In this document: piece after piece, positions 1 to 13,936 of the stretch | Numbering within the stretch: position 1 is the first letter of the stretch | Layout of the letters: each line of letters starts with the position of its first letter | Source of the DNA: Eledone cirrhosa | Taxonomy: Eukaryota | Direction of reading: 5' to 3' | NCBI GenBank assembly: GCA_964016885.1 | Contig: OZ024742.1 | Location: forward strand, 310,310,001 to 310,374,000 | DNA: 64,000 nt | Made by a program: the position numbers and the translations under genes | Notes under the pieces: generated by a model | The model's input: only the letters and a program-made list of their open reading frames with translations | Told to the model about the DNA's origin: nothing | Databases searched by the model: none

Positions 1-13
1 CCGGTATATATAT

Positions 14-170
<157 letters not shown>

Positions 171-699
171 ACTTATATCAGTTCGCTCTCGAGTGCTACT
201 GGTAACCCAGTACAACCTGTCTCATGGTCGGGTCGTCGGTGACTAAACCGGCAACCCCAGTGATATTTGGACACTCTGCGGGATGAAATACAAGACTCGG
301 CAAAGGGTGGAGGAACTCAGCAGATTCAACGTTCATCCAAATAGTATTTTTCTTTTCACCTGAGAGTGAAAGGCCCACAGTTGTTGTCACAACACCTTTC
401 TAGGAGAGGGAAACTCTGAAAAAAAAACTGCAGCTTTAGAAGCATCCGATGATGTTCTCTTGACCAGTTCTCATGACCAGTTCTCTTTTTCGGGTAGTGT
501 TTTCGTGTTTTCGGTGCTCAGAGAGTGGGATTGGTCAAGTGCAGGGCGTTTCCTCACTAAAAAAATCTTCAAAGCACAGGAATTGCTTGTTCAGAATATG
601 TTACAGGTTTGTGTGGCTGGCCGTAGCCTAAAAGTGCACCAAACTCTGTAATCTGACAAGCGATTGCAGTACTCTTAGCTGAGTTTGCAGCCATCACAT

Positions 700-813
<114 letters not shown>

Positions 814-1650
814 ATGCCGATAGTAAATAAATTCTTGTCAGAAGCAATGTTATTAATATGTAGTTATGATGACTTGATCCAACTGACACCTAAACAAGGT
901 TGACAAGGACAAAATGTAAAGAACAAATTTAAACGTCAAAAGTAATACATTTACACATAGACGTCAACATTTGGAATAGTAAAGCAATTTGTGAGTATCC
1001 AGCCAATCTACATATAGTGAACAGCATCGTTGCATGGTTAACCCGATCATTTCGTTATCAGAAGCTTATGTGTTCGCTTTGACTGTGCGACATCTTGCTC
1101 AAGTATAATTTGCCATTACTGCATGTGGTCTTGGGCTTTGTTAGTATAGACAGCTGCTGTTTGGAAAACCCCTAAGTCAAAAGACCAGCCTGGTAACACA
1201 TTGTCTTGCTGAACCTCCACTCGAATGACGTTAATGTTACACGTGTCTTTTGAATGATCTAAGCAGCGACTTGCATACGTTAAATCGAACAACTGTAACA
1301 CTCATCGATAACACAGACGGAATCCCATTTGAATTTTTAAATGCAGCTACATTGAAACATCACTTGTATAAGTTTCTATGTAAGATATCAGACGACCTTA
1401 TTCCACGACGAGAAAAATATGTGAAGGTAATGGTATCAAAGTCGCCCCTTCAGCCAAAAGCAAAACAAAACAGAACAAAAAAACAACAATAGAAAGAGGA
1501 TTGTAATTATAATATCAGTGCCCCCAGTATGGTCACATCCCACGAATGGAAAGTAGTAAAGCATATATATATATATATATATGTGTGTGTGTATACATGT
1601 ATTTTTCTATTCGAAATGTCATGTTGAGCATGTAATCCAAAGTGCGGGTG

Positions 1651-1720
<70 letters not shown>

Positions 1721-2449
1721 CATAGAGAATATGTTCTTTACTTTCTCATTTTCTGTCTCCTAAACTGGTTTTGTTATGGGAAACTTCTGGCCTACCGCCA
1801 CAACAACACAGTAAAAAAAAAGGAAAGAAAGACCCATAAAAGAAAGCAAATCACAAATGTAAACTAGAAAAGTGGAAAAAAATAAAATAGCCTAAAATGA
1901 TTTGGCCCACCCTGAACCTGCTTGCCAATAACAACAGATCACGTACCCCACCATTGAACATAGAACTTCACTGTTCTGACATTAGAGTTGGCAGCTGGGA
2001 ATACAAACGGATTGAATTCGGTTTGAGTCGATTTCAAATGACTGTTTATTTTTCTTGTTATTAATATTAATATTATTCACTGTGTTAGGGCGGTGGAAAT
2101 GAGAGAATAAGTTAAAGCGCCCGACTATATAATGCCTTTAAGTATTTAGTTTCGTTCATGCGCGTTCGACTTTAATGTGACGCTGCATTGGACTTTTTTA
2201 CTTTCGTTTCGTCCGCGTTCGATAACAGAGGCGCCAGAAAGCAGTAAATTGGTCGAGTCATTATGGCGTCGAATTAAATGCCTTGTGGTATTTGTTCCAG
2301 CTCTAGACAATTTGTATTTTCATTTCAAATCCCATCTAGGTGAAATTTACCTTTCATCCAAAGCGGAAGGTTATGGCGGGAGGGAAATTTGTTTGATAGT
2401 TCTACGAATTTGAGAAGTATATACAAAGTCTAATTATTAACTCAAATTA

Positions 2450-2567
2450 TGAGTTCAAATCTCGCCAAGGTTAACTTTGCCTTTCATCCTTACGTGGTCG
2501 ATAAAATAAAGTACCAGTAATGCACTGGGTAATTGCTGGCTCTGTACCAAAAGTAGAAACAATTATT
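2450..2567 (+). mobile_element. SINE family S1, 5'-truncated
   Basis: B box, core and tail. Confidence 0.75.
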
Positions 2568-2760
2568 AACTCAAAGAAAGTGGGAAATGTTGAGTTAGAG
2601 TTACAATTTAGGAGAGATAACCTCAGGTCTCTGTTTCGATTTCTCCTTGAGTATCTTATATATTTGTTTTTCTCGTTATGAAGCTCTGAAATCAACACAT
2701 TCATAAAACGCCAGAGCAACTATAGTATTTGGTTACGTCCATTCATGTTCCTATTTCAAA

Positions 2761-2945
2761 TTAACCCTTTAGCATTTACATTACTTCATATATACTATTG
2801 TATTTTCGTGGGAAAGGCTTTATTTCACATAATTATCTCACATAATATTGAATCTATGAGATTTTGATATTATTTATTTTGAGAACAATATCTTAACATC
2901 AGTATGAGTGGCATGTTACAGTTGGCTTAAATGTTAAAGGGTTAA
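2761..2945. mobile_element. piggyBac-type MITE
   Basis: TTAA|CCCTTTAGCATTTA ... TAAATGTTAAAGGG|TTAA: TTAA target-site duplication with CCC/GGG termini. Confidence 0.75.
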
Positions 2946-3459
2946 ACCTACCAGGGTATACCTTTTATTCTTCCGGGTACACCTACCAGGGTATACCTTT
3001 TATTCTTCCAATGAGATATAGGACCTGTGGACAACTGGGATGGAACCAAACGACTATACATCTCCGCAAAAATATGGTATTGTACGGAGGATCTAAAGCA
3101 ATATTCATTATCGTCTCCAGAGAATGGTGGATAGCACACTCGGATTTACACAGGGATTTAAAGTCATCACAGAAGGAGCCAGAAGAAATACCGTAAGGCA
3201 TTGCATCCAACCGTCTAGTGGACTTGCCAGTTCAACGCTCTAAATTTTTAAATTATTTATCTATTAATCTTTGAACGATGACAGGCAATGTTGACCTAAC
3301 GGTTCCGCCTATCTAACTCTAATGTTTGGTACTTTATTTATCGACTTCGGAACGATGAAAAGTAAAAGGGATTTGATGTTCAGACTAGTTCACCTCCTAT
3401 AAATGAATAAATAAATAAAGACTCTATACAGAATAATTATATTTAGCAATTGAAGGAAG

Positions 3460-3760
3460 AGATCACAGCTCCGATACTATAGGCATGTGGTTAGAATGTC
3501 TCAGTAAAGAATCGCTGGACAGATTTTACGGGCAAAACCGACCGACAAGAGACCCAGTGGTAGACCCTGAGCAAGATGGTTGGATAACATCCATGAGCTT
3601 GGATGGTCATGGTTGGGGATCCAGCCAGATTAGTTGGAGTCGGTTGCTTGTGTCAGGACCCGCTGGAAGGAATTGTTGAGGAGTCTGCCCCCACGATCCT
3701 CTCAGGAATAAGTGGGCGAAGAAGAAGAAGAAGAAGAAGAAGAAGAAGAAGAAGAAGAAA
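3460..3760 (+). mobile_element. RTE-clade LINE 3' end with a (GAA)n tail
   Basis: GHVVRM..RP.GRP..RWLDNI..LGI..RTRWKELL remnant. Confidence 0.7.
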
Positions 3761-4067
3761 AGGGAGGCGGAGGGGGATGAGGAGTGTAGAAATATAATCA
3801 TGAAATACCATAAACTAAAAATCCTTCTGAGATGATAATGTTGCATATTTACGGCTAAATTACCTAATAATGAACAATTGAAGCCCTTGTAATAACATCA
3901 GAATACATGATACTGATACTAAATACACAACTCCCTAAAAACGGACAAAGAAAAGAAAAGGGAAACAATCACATAGATATGGAAAAATAATAGAAATCAA
4001 ATAGTTATGATTGAAACGAACCGTTTCAACGAACCGTTATACTGAAATTTCAACAAATAAACAACCC

Positions 4068-5040
4068 CACATCACTACCATCAATACCACCTCCGGCATC
4101 ACAACCATCCACCATCAGTACTACCACCATAACTATCACCACCAGCATCACAACCATCCATCATCAGTACTACCACCATAGCTACCACCACTAGCATCAC
4201 AACCATCCACCATCAGTACTACCACCATAACTACCACCACCAGCATCACAACAACCCACACCACTACCACCACCACCACCATCACTACCACTACCAGCAT
4301 CACAACCACCCACACCACTACTACCACCCTCACTACCAACACCAGCATCAAAACCACCTACACCACTACTACCAGCCTCACTACCACCACCACCATCACA
4401 ACCACCCACACCACTACAACCACCCACATTACAACTACCAGCATCACAACCACCCACACCATTACTACCACCCTCACTACTACTACCAGCATCACAACCA
4501 CCTACACCACTACTACCACCCTCATTACAACCACCCACACCACTACCACCACCACCATCACTACCACTACCAGCATCACAACCACGCACACCACTACTAC
4601 CACCCTCACTACCACCACCACCACCCACACCACTATTACCACCCTCACTACCACCACCAGCATCACAACCACCCACACCATTACTACCACCCTCACTACT
4701 ACTACCAGCATCACAACCAACCACACCACTACTATCACCCTCATTACAACCACCCACACCACTACTACCACCCTCACTACCACTACCAGCATCACAACCC
4801 CCCACACCACTTCTACCACCCTCACTACCACCACCACCATCACTACCATCACCAGCATCACAATCACCCACACCACTACTACCACCCTCACTACCACCAC
4901 CAACATCACTACCTCCCCCATCCCTACTACCACCATCATTACCACTACCATTACTACCATCATCATCACTCTCAATACCAGCATCTCTACCATCACCACT
5001 GCTCTTACTATCACTACCATCACCACCCATCATTATCACT
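4068..5040. repeat. ACC/ACT-rich minisatellite (~45-bp degenerate unit)
   Basis: Recurring CCACCCTCACTAC..CCAGCATCACAACCACCCACACCACTACTA. Confidence 0.8.
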
Positions 5041-5232
5041 ACGGTGGATTGGCAGTATCGGTAGAGGGTCGGACGCCATGCTTTGCAGCACAGAATTATG
5101 GCCTCTTACGGTCTGAGTTCAAATCCCGCCGAGGTTACCTTTGTCTTACATCCTTACGGGGTCGATAAAATAAAGCACCAGTAATGTACTGGGTAATTGC
5201 TGGACTTGTGCCTAAAGTAGAAACAATTATTT
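5041..5232 (+). mobile_element. SINE family S1
   Basis: A box, GAGTTCAAATCC B box, same core and tail. Confidence 0.8.
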
Positions 5233-5633
5233 AATTACGAAAAAGTTTTCGGGACTTAGTGTTTGTAAGGGGAGATTTGTTGTAGACAACAGATAGCAAT
5301 ATTTACGAAGTATATCAAATATTCCCGGCGACAAATCGTGAACTACATAAGAAACAGTTAGTGAGCAAATAAATCCTTATAAAATGTAGGATTTCTAGAT
5401 CAAAGATTTTCCTAATTTTCTGCCAATTTAAACCAATTTGACACATGTGATATGGATATCATAATATAATAAATGGAGGAGTGCGAGACTGTGTCCTGAA
5501 TATATATTTTTTATCCCATCAGTAAAATAAGTAAAATAATGAATGAATATTACATAATTTTTGTACTAAATTTCGTAGCTGTTGATTAAACATAAATATT
5601 CTTATATATAATGATTATTTATTTTAAGATTGA

Positions 5634-5826
5634 GGCAGTGGATTGGCAGTATTGGTAGAGGGTCGGACGCCATGCTTTGACGTATAGAATTACGGTCCTT
5701 GCCATTCTGAGTTCAAATCCCGCCGAGGATAACTTTGCCTTTCATCCCTACAGGGTCGATAAAATAAAGTACCAGTAATGCACTGGGTAATTGCTGGCCT
5801 TGTGCCAAACGTAGAAACAATTATTT
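5634..5826 (+). mobile_element. SINE family S1
   Basis: Same head, core and tail. Confidence 0.8.
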
Positions 5827-6316
5827 ATTTTAAGATTCATTTCTTTAAAAATGTTCAAATGTCTACACTTCCGGTTAGCGTCCGTTATATTATAACACTT
5901 ATTACATCGCCTACGTAAACGTTCATATATTTGCATCGTTATATAAGGTGTATATTTCGGTCGCTAATTTTCTCCTTTTTCGTTTTCACCGTAATGCAAT
6001 TTATATACAATATCGTCTTTTTTAAATGTATTATGGATTACTTTACTGATTACAGAAGGAAGTGTAACGCAGTCTCTCTTCAATTTCTGTGCATATTGTT
6101 AAATACGGTTTTATTTGACATATCATATCTACATGCATGTATATTTGCATATAATATCAATATACACACACATGCTAGCAAAAAACCACCCGAGGGGTGA
6201 TTCTTTTGCTAGTGTAGCTAATGATGGAGTCTCTACACGGTTGATCGACTTGTCAAAAATGTCAACAAATCTCTCAAACTATTTTCTACGGTCTTTGAAA
6301 GCTAGGGTCTAACAGA

Positions 6317-6422
6317 TAATGGTTTCTGATTTAGGCACAAGGCCATCAATGATTTTTAGGGGTGGGTTACTGGTACTTTATTTTATCGGCTCCGTAAGGA
6401 TGAAAGGTAAAGCCGGGGATTT
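6317..6422 (-). mobile_element. SINE family S1 fragment
   Basis: Reverse complement of core and tail. Confidence 0.65.
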
Positions 6423-6874
6423 CGAAGTTTGAGTTATTGAATGTTGAACAAAAGTATATTGATGTTCAAAGAACATCAAGCAATCGTGATATCCACTCTA
6501 TTTTACAGAGTAAAGGAGTGTGGTTCATGTTTGATACTTTTAAATACTAAACTACGAAAACAGGACACACTGTAATTTTTCTAGGACTATTACAAACATA
6601 TTTTCTATTCAAATAATCATATATTTTATAATTTTTAGTTAACATTATGATCATCTTAAAGTACCTTATTTCTACATGTATTTAGGACATGTTTACAGTC
6701 GCCATCTTTTAAATCCCCCAAGAATGTTAAGCAATAAAAAGAAATAAAGGAAATATATCATCATCCTATGCCTATGTTTTGTGCTCTCAGTCGCTTAGCG
6801 CCATAGAAACCGGGATAAGTACCTGCCTGATGAGCCTGCGGGTTCGAGACGGACTTTAGATCTTAGACTTTATG

Positions 6875-7582
6875 TAATGAGGTTTTATATTTTATCTACT
6901 TGACACAATCATTTCATCCTTTTAGAATTAATCTAAACACCAAAGTTAGCGTATTCAAATCATTTTATAAATATTTTGAAAGTGCAATGGTGACATTACG
7001 CACTAACAAAACACAATTTCGTCTACCCAAAGGCTATTTCACAACAATAATTATTACAAAATACCAAAATAATTTACGAAATGTGCATGATCCAATGACT
7101 GGCTAACCATTAGTCAAAGAAGAGAGGATAGAAAAGCTTATGAAAATATTGCAAGAACTAGATCAGATTATTCCATTCACGATGATAACCGACATACACA
7201 ATGTGAATGCTGCAACAAGAAGTTAAGAAAAATGCATAGAATTTATCCAATGGTTGCAAATAAGCCTATACTTGCTTAAATGGGTCAAATAAAACATTTT
7301 TCTGTATTAGTATGTGAATCGACATAGTTACATTATTTGGTCTCACATTATGTCGCCATTCCACTTAAACCAGTTTTATCAAACATCAAAATTTGAGTAT
7401 TCAAGTTAAGTGTCTAAATTAATTCTAAAATGATGAAATAAAACAAAAAAAAAACTTTAAATAGATAAAAATAAACTTTTATCATATAATCATATAAGGA
7501 TAATTATATTTTCTTATATTTGTTTGTGGTTTATTAATATTAGAAATCTATTAAAAGGGTAGTGAATTTCGCACGCCCTGTA
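6875..7582. mobile_element. Tc1-like DNA transposon remnant
   Basis: Imperfect inverted repeats 6880-6950 / 7405-7485; right terminus CACGCCCTG|TA. Confidence 0.4.
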
Positions 7583-7859
7583 TATTTCTCCAGGGTGACT
7601 AAAGTTGAACTCAGACCTATATTTTTAATGCAGCCGTTCACCGTTCATAATTAAATAATGGGGTCATGCTGCGAATAATACGCAATAGAACACTATTTTT
7701 ACATCACTACAAGGCTATAATATTGTAGGGATGTGGATATGTATATTGCGACGGCTCGAAACACCCTTTTTGTCGAATCATGAAAGACAAGGCGCCGCTG
7801 GTGGAGGTTTTAGCTAAAAAGATTGAAGCATGTAATTCAATATTATTACATCGACGGTT

Positions 7860-8083
7860 ATTAATAATGGTTTCTAATTTAGGCACAAGTTCAGAAGATT
7901 TGATGGGAGGAGTGGAAAGTCGATTAAACCAAACACAGTATTCAATTGTTAATTCTTTCGACCATGGAAGAATGAAAAGCAAAGTTGATCACGGCGAGAT
8001 TTGAACTCAGAACGTAGAAAACCGTAACTAAATACTGAAAAGAATTTTGTCAGATGATCTATTGATATTGCCATTCCACCGCC
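7860..8083 (-). mobile_element. SINE family S1 (older copy)
   Basis: Reverse complement of head, B box, core and tail. Confidence 0.7.
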
Positions 8084-8731
8084 GTCGCCGATCTTTTAAT
8101 CATAGTAACATTCAATGCGTACAACAGAGTTCCTTCTAAAGACATAGAAATATTTAAATAGAAAGTTTCTACATTCAAAATATTTTCTAAGATTATTGTT
8201 GTTGTTTAGTCTCAGGTTAACTCTGGCTGGTACACCTTTCATTAAAGACTTTCCACCCATTGTCATCTCGTCTAATTTCCGAGCAAGGCACGAACTAGAT
8301 TATCCAACCTGTCATTCCTCCTTTTCAATAAATACGGTAGAATTTAATCTGAAATACATTTAGTTGCTGTTACTAGTAGGCCAAGGAACCATATTGAGGG
8401 ATTCTTATTGGTTTCTAAAATGGTTACTGATATATGTGGAACAACCCCAAATGGGAATAAAAAGACGGTTTGTGCGGCAAACACATTCTTTCTTAAACGC
8501 ATCAGTTATTTCTGCTCCATTTTATAGCATTACACAATATGTCTACACTCGACTAAATTGTAACTCACACCATTGCACTATTAAACTAATCTGTAACACC
8601 ACACTATAAGACTAAAGTACCACTCCATTAGAGTATATTAGTACATTACTCTACACTATTATTCCACAACACTAACAACATCACACTACTAGATAAGAAC
8701 ACCACAAACCATATTATTACACACACACTAG

Positions 8732-8954
8732 GGCGGTGGGTTGGCAGTATTGGTAGAAGGTCGGACACTATGTTTTGCACCATAGAGTTACGGTCTTTTA
8801 AGGTCTAAGTTAAAATCCCGCCGAGGTTAACTTTGCCTTTCATCCTTACGTGGTCGATACAATTTAAGCACCAGTAATGCACTGGGGTCGATTTAATCGA
8901 CTTTGCCTTCCCCGCCAAAATTGCTGGCTTCGTGCCTAAAGTAGAAACAATTAT
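8732..8954 (+). mobile_element. tRNA-derived SINE family S1 (fullest copy)
   Basis: A-box-like TGGCAGTATTGG, degenerate B box, core GCCTTTCATCCT..GGTCGATA..A(G/C)CAG (resembles the Meta/Sauria-SINE core), tail AAAGTAGAAACAATTATT. Confidence 0.8.
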
Positions 8955-9094
8955 TACACACACACTGCCATACTATTACACAGCCACACCACTACACTAT
9001 ATTGCTACACCACATCATCACAATATTATACTAAAATACCAAGCTATTACAATGCCACACTAGAGTACCATACTATTACACTACAGCAACTACG

Positions 9095-9095
<1 letters not shown>

Positions 9096-9191
<96 letters not shown>
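9096..9191. repeat. (TATC)n microsatellite
   Basis: Direct inspection. Confidence 0.95.
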
Positions 9192-9192
<1 letters not shown>

Positions 9193-9660
9193 GTTTCCTC
9201 TGTATAGTGGCTATGGTGAAAGAAGCTATATGGTGGACGAGGTTGAGAGGACTGAGGACAGATGCCTTTCTCTCCGGACAACAACTCATTCCCTTCTTTA
9301 GATACCACTTTAGAACGAGAATCAGAGTGGAGAGAGAGGCTCTGCACCCCAGTAAATTTACTGAAAGGTGGGTGCATGTGGCAAAAATGGCCCGAGTGAT
9401 TGGGCCTTCTCTGTATATAGACCTGTAGGTTGAAGAAGAGAGCAAAAGGAAGAAAGGAGCACTTGCACAACACGCTCCTGAAGTTGAGGGTTGTTCTATC
9501 GATGGGGTATTAAACAACCCATTTGTGGCGCCTCCCCTCTATTGGGATTTTGATTGTTATAATTGTTTGCTTCATATTTTTACACGATTGTATGTAAAAT
9601 CCCCGGTATGTCTTTGTTTTGTCCCCTTTTCTTATGCGCCCTTGTGGCTAATAAAGAAAT
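9192..9660 (+). mobile_element. Tx1 LINE 3' fragment within (TATC)n
   Basis: Encodes the ORF2 C-terminus (KEAIWWTRLRGL..GPSLY) plus the 3' UTR ending CTAATAAAGAAA; (TATC)n on both sides. Confidence 0.9.
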
Positions 9661-10455
9661 ATATCTATCTATCTATCTTTCTATCTATCTATTGTTCTTG
9701 CTCGATGGTACAGGGGTCATCCTGGTCAGCGATCCTACAGACCTCATTGTGCGTAGAGGAGACCAAGGCCACCAGTGCACTAAGCGGTATTTGAACTCAG
9801 AACGTACTAATGATGTAATGAAATGACGCAGTCTTTGACAACGTTGTGGTGGTAAAATATATGTTGTGTTGTCATACATGCAGGATATTTTGCTGAAAGT
9901 TGTTTACAAGAATAACAACTAGAATACGTAGAAGATAAACAAATATCCGTCTACGTAGTTGTTCGAACTGCTAGAAATAACAGTAATATTTATTTCAGAT
10001 GAAATCAAAACGTTTCAAAGAGCAAGAACACATGGAATAATATCGTCCGAGATAACCCTAAAAAGGAGTATGATCAGAGCAAAAACACCTTTCATCATAA
10101 TTTTGTTAAGTCAGATTTGACATGAGTTTAAAAACATAAACAAGACTAACAAAGAAAAAAAAACGGAGTTAAAAGTTAGATATGTTTCTGTGAAAGAAAT
10201 TTTACAAAGAAAAACTGTGCTTATATAAGTGTGCACACTGGAGTATACTGGTATTAATGCATATGTTTTGCATACACGTATGTGTGTATAATGGCGGTTC
10301 GTTTCGTCGATCCATATGCATGTCTGCGTAGGGTTTCTTATCTCAGATGTCTCAGAAGAAAAAAAAAAAATTGAGGACGCCAACCAATCTTATCTCATAG
10401 TATAAAGCTATCTCAATCGCAGAACTGTATTTTTGAGAGATACGAACTCCTACTT

Positions 10456-10487
<32 letters not shown>

Positions 10488-10531
10488 TATATATAAACAT
10501 ACATATATCCCTGTATATATTTATGTATATA

Positions 10532-10610
<79 letters not shown>

Positions 10611-10933
10611 CAGAGAGAGAGAGAGATAGATAGATAGATAGATAGATAGAGAAATGGAGATAAACACACACGCATATACATATATATATATATATAGATA
10701 TATATATGTGTGTGTGTGTGTGTGTTAGTTGTGCAAATAGTCTATTCTAAGTATTATCAAGTTATTTTTTATTACCTATAGTTTTTGCTAGTTCTACAGT
10801 TTCTACAGTTCAAAGCTACATCATGCCGAGATTACAGGTTCGAGTTTCAAAGAAAGAAACATTATCAGTTTGTAGAAATCTTTCGAGATAATAAATATAA
10901 AACTATATATATATATATATAGTTTGCAGCCAT

Positions 10934-11041
<108 letters not shown>

Positions 11042-11666
11042 TGTGTATGTGAATATATATATATATAAATACACACACACACATATATATATATATATAT
11101 GTAAATATGATAATAATGGAGCTGCGGCGTTGCAAATGGGTTACATATGAAAAAGTAAGTCCTTCATCAGTGGCCTTCCAACCGTCCTAGGCATTTCATC
11201 GCTTTAAAGGCCATATACCTCAGGTTGGTGCGAACAACGGCTAAAAAAAGTCGTTGGGACACGTAAATAAAGGGGACGCTAGGGTGAACAAACAAATTGG
11301 TTTAAGCAACAGAAAGTGAGAAGAAAGAGACAAGTCCCAGATTTCTATGAATATAAACTCGGTGAAATCGTGAACGAGAGAATAAAGACCATCCTGTGTG
11401 TGTGCATGTTTGTATATATAGCGTGTCTCCAAAAATGTATACACACTTCAACAGCATTCTAATCAAATTGTGTATACATTTTTTATACATTCTGATATAT
11501 ACACCATGTATATATCAGATAAAAAAAAAGTAAATACAGAAAAGCGTCATCCTGAAGCCACTATGCTGATTACAACAAAGATCTCAATTAATGTCTGGTC
11601 TTTGTTGCTGTTGTAATTGGATTAATATTTCAGTGTTAACTTGTAAAGCAAAATCATATATCCCCC

Positions 11667-11737
<71 letters not shown>

Positions 11738-11915
11738 GTTCAAGAATAACCAATCTTAAAGAGAGAGATGGAGATAGGAGAGGTGATATGGGAGGAGAGA
11801 TTGGTGAATTAGTTAGAAGCCAAAGCGTAAAGGCATGTGCTCAATGTGCAATATGCAGTAGAAAGCAGCTAGGTGGCTGGGTTCATGCAGAAGTTAGGTG
11901 CACAGAGCTGGAAGT

Positions 11916-12665
11916 ATTCATTAGTTAAGCAAAACAAGACCACAAATTTCACAAGGAAGACATTATTAAAAGAATGTCAACATATTTTAGTTTAATGTAA
12001 GGAATGTAGAGAATAATAATAATAATAATATTAATAATAATAATGTCCGTTTACAATTGTTTCGCTACTCCATATAATATTTCTGGATCAGATGACTATA
12101 TATCATAATTGATCTGGTTCAGTTGAAAATAATTAACATATTTAAAAGACAGAGCGGCTCATCGGAACTTCAAAGGAATATAAATTAAATTACTTCCCCT
12201 GAAACCACCCTTTAATTAGTAAGGTAAATATGTCCTTTGGCAGCCATCTTGTTACCCATAGGAAGATCTCACACAATGCAGCCTCGACAGATGAATACTG
12301 CTTGATTATGGCTGACAACTGATGCAACCAAGACACCATAGTGAAAAACCAATATATGGAACATTATATTATGTAACATTCTCTCATTATTTTAATTTAC
12401 ATTCCTTTGAAGTTCCGATGAGCCGCTCTGTCTTTTAAATATGTTAATTATTTTCAACTGAACCAGATCAATTATGATATATAGTCATCTGATCCAGAAA
12501 TATTATATGGAGTAGCGAAACAATTGTAAACGGACATTATTATTATTAATATTATTATTATTATTATTCTCTACATTCCTTACATCAAACTAAAATATGT
12601 TGACAATCTTTTAATAATGTCTTCCTTGTGAAATTTGTGGTCTTGTTTTGCTAAACTAATGAATA
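11916..12665. repeat. ~275-bp near-perfect inverted repeat with a ~200-bp spacer (probable PLE-type head-to-head remnant)
   Basis: 11916-12190 versus 12392-12665 in reverse complement; the right arm ends in (TA)n. Confidence 0.85.
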
Positions 12666-12689
12666 TATATATATATATGCATATATCCA

Positions 12690-12890
12690 GAGTTGACACT
12701 GCACTCAGTGCTCCTGTGGGAGCCCCTGCATGGACACACCGGAAGAGGGAGACCGAGGTTGACATATATTAATGCCCCAAGGACAGACACTGGTCTCTTG
12801 GAGACGCAAGACATGGCAGCGAGGATGAGGGACAGAGCCCTCTGGAGAAAACTTGGATCTCGGGAATTTTACCCGCCCTAGATAGATACA
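12690..12890 (+). mobile_element. RTE-like LINE 3' end
   Basis: LLWEPLHG..GRGRPRLTYI..MRDRALWR followed by TAGA repeats. Confidence 0.7.
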
Positions 12891-12929
12891 TACATATATA
12901 CATAAACATGTATATATATATATAGACAG

Positions 12930-13145
12930 TCGATCGACTTTCGTCAAATCGGACTGAGAAAACAATGTTTCCGTTGATCTTTCCAATTGCTAATACTATA
13001 TATCGGTCACAACTCCAGGTAGAAGGATCAGCGTGAAATAAAGTGTCTTGCTCAAGGACACAATGCATTGCCCGGTCCAGGAATCGAACTCGAAACTTCC
13101 CGATTGCAAATCCAATTCTCTTACCACTCATCCACGCGCCTTCAC
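12930..13145 (-). mobile_element. tRNA-derived CORE-type SINE family S2
   Basis: A box TGGATGAGTGG, B box GAGTTCGATTCC, CORE-like TGTGTCCTTGAGCAAGACACTT. Confidence 0.75.
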
Positions 13146-13518
13146 GCCCACACCCCACACCCCCACACCCCACACCCACCCACACCCATATATATATATA
13201 TATGTATATAAGTAAAATAAAAAATAAAAAATAATAATACATTTTTTTTTTTTTAAATTTTACTCCCATTCGACTTACCTATTCTTTAAACCTCCTCCTT
13301 TTCTCCAGAACAATTTTTCGACTTTTCTTACACTATCCTTAGATTCTGCTGTATAGATTTCACTTTCAACGCCTCTCTGGCTTCTTCACTCTCTCTTTGT
13401 TCTACCGGCAAGTTCAGCCACCCCTACCTCCCACCAAATACCATGATAGCTTTATTTGTCCTTATAACAAATTTTGACCAATCCTCTTGACAATTACTAT
13501 CTTCCCATATAAGGAAGT

Positions 13519-13601
13519 AGCCCTTGATAAGTTTGGCTATTTATTTACCAGGCTAAACATTCTAATTTAGTCCAGAAATAGCCGTCGAAACGGCTTGAGC
13601 T
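13519..13601 (+). ncRNA. Possible variant hammerhead (TTGATAA core)
   Basis: AGCCC-TTGATAA-G..GGCTATTT..AAATAGCC..C-GAAA-CGGC-TT-GAGCT; the core is non-canonical. Confidence 0.35.
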
Positions 13602-13881
13602 CTGCCGTCGGGGTCATTATTTTTCCTATTACCCACTCTACTACACTTAGTATTGAGTACTTTGGTGCGTTTTAGTCCATCTGGTTCCTTACCACAATTC
13701 CTTCGTTATATATATATATATATAATATATATATATTTTGAGTTTATATTGGTTGTATACCAACACCTCAGTATGCAGGCTGGAGCACTCGACGAAGTGC
13801 GCAGGTTGGTTTGGTTACTCCGGAGTAGTGTAAAATAAAGTTAAATAAAAGTCAAATGATTAAAATTTAGCTTCGTTTATT

Positions 13882-13936
13882 ACTGCTATATATATTTCAG
13901 TGACAGCCATCTTTGGCTGTGACCTCTTCAGGCAGT
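13882..13936 (-). ncRNA. Type-I hammerhead ribozyme
   Basis: ACTGC-CTGAAGA-GGTC-ACAGCCA-AAGA-TGGCTGT-CACT-GAAA-TATATA-TA-GCAGT; perfect stem I. Confidence 0.82.

Noticed and set aside
4197-5039. 280-aa Gly/Ser/Cys-rich ORF and overlapping Val-rich ORFs
   Set aside because: They arise from a trinucleotide-based minisatellite that is open in several frames; there is no signal peptide, splice or other gene context.
6795-6860. GAAAC...CTGATGAG as a permuted hammerhead
   Set aside because: Stems I and III cannot be formed convincingly.
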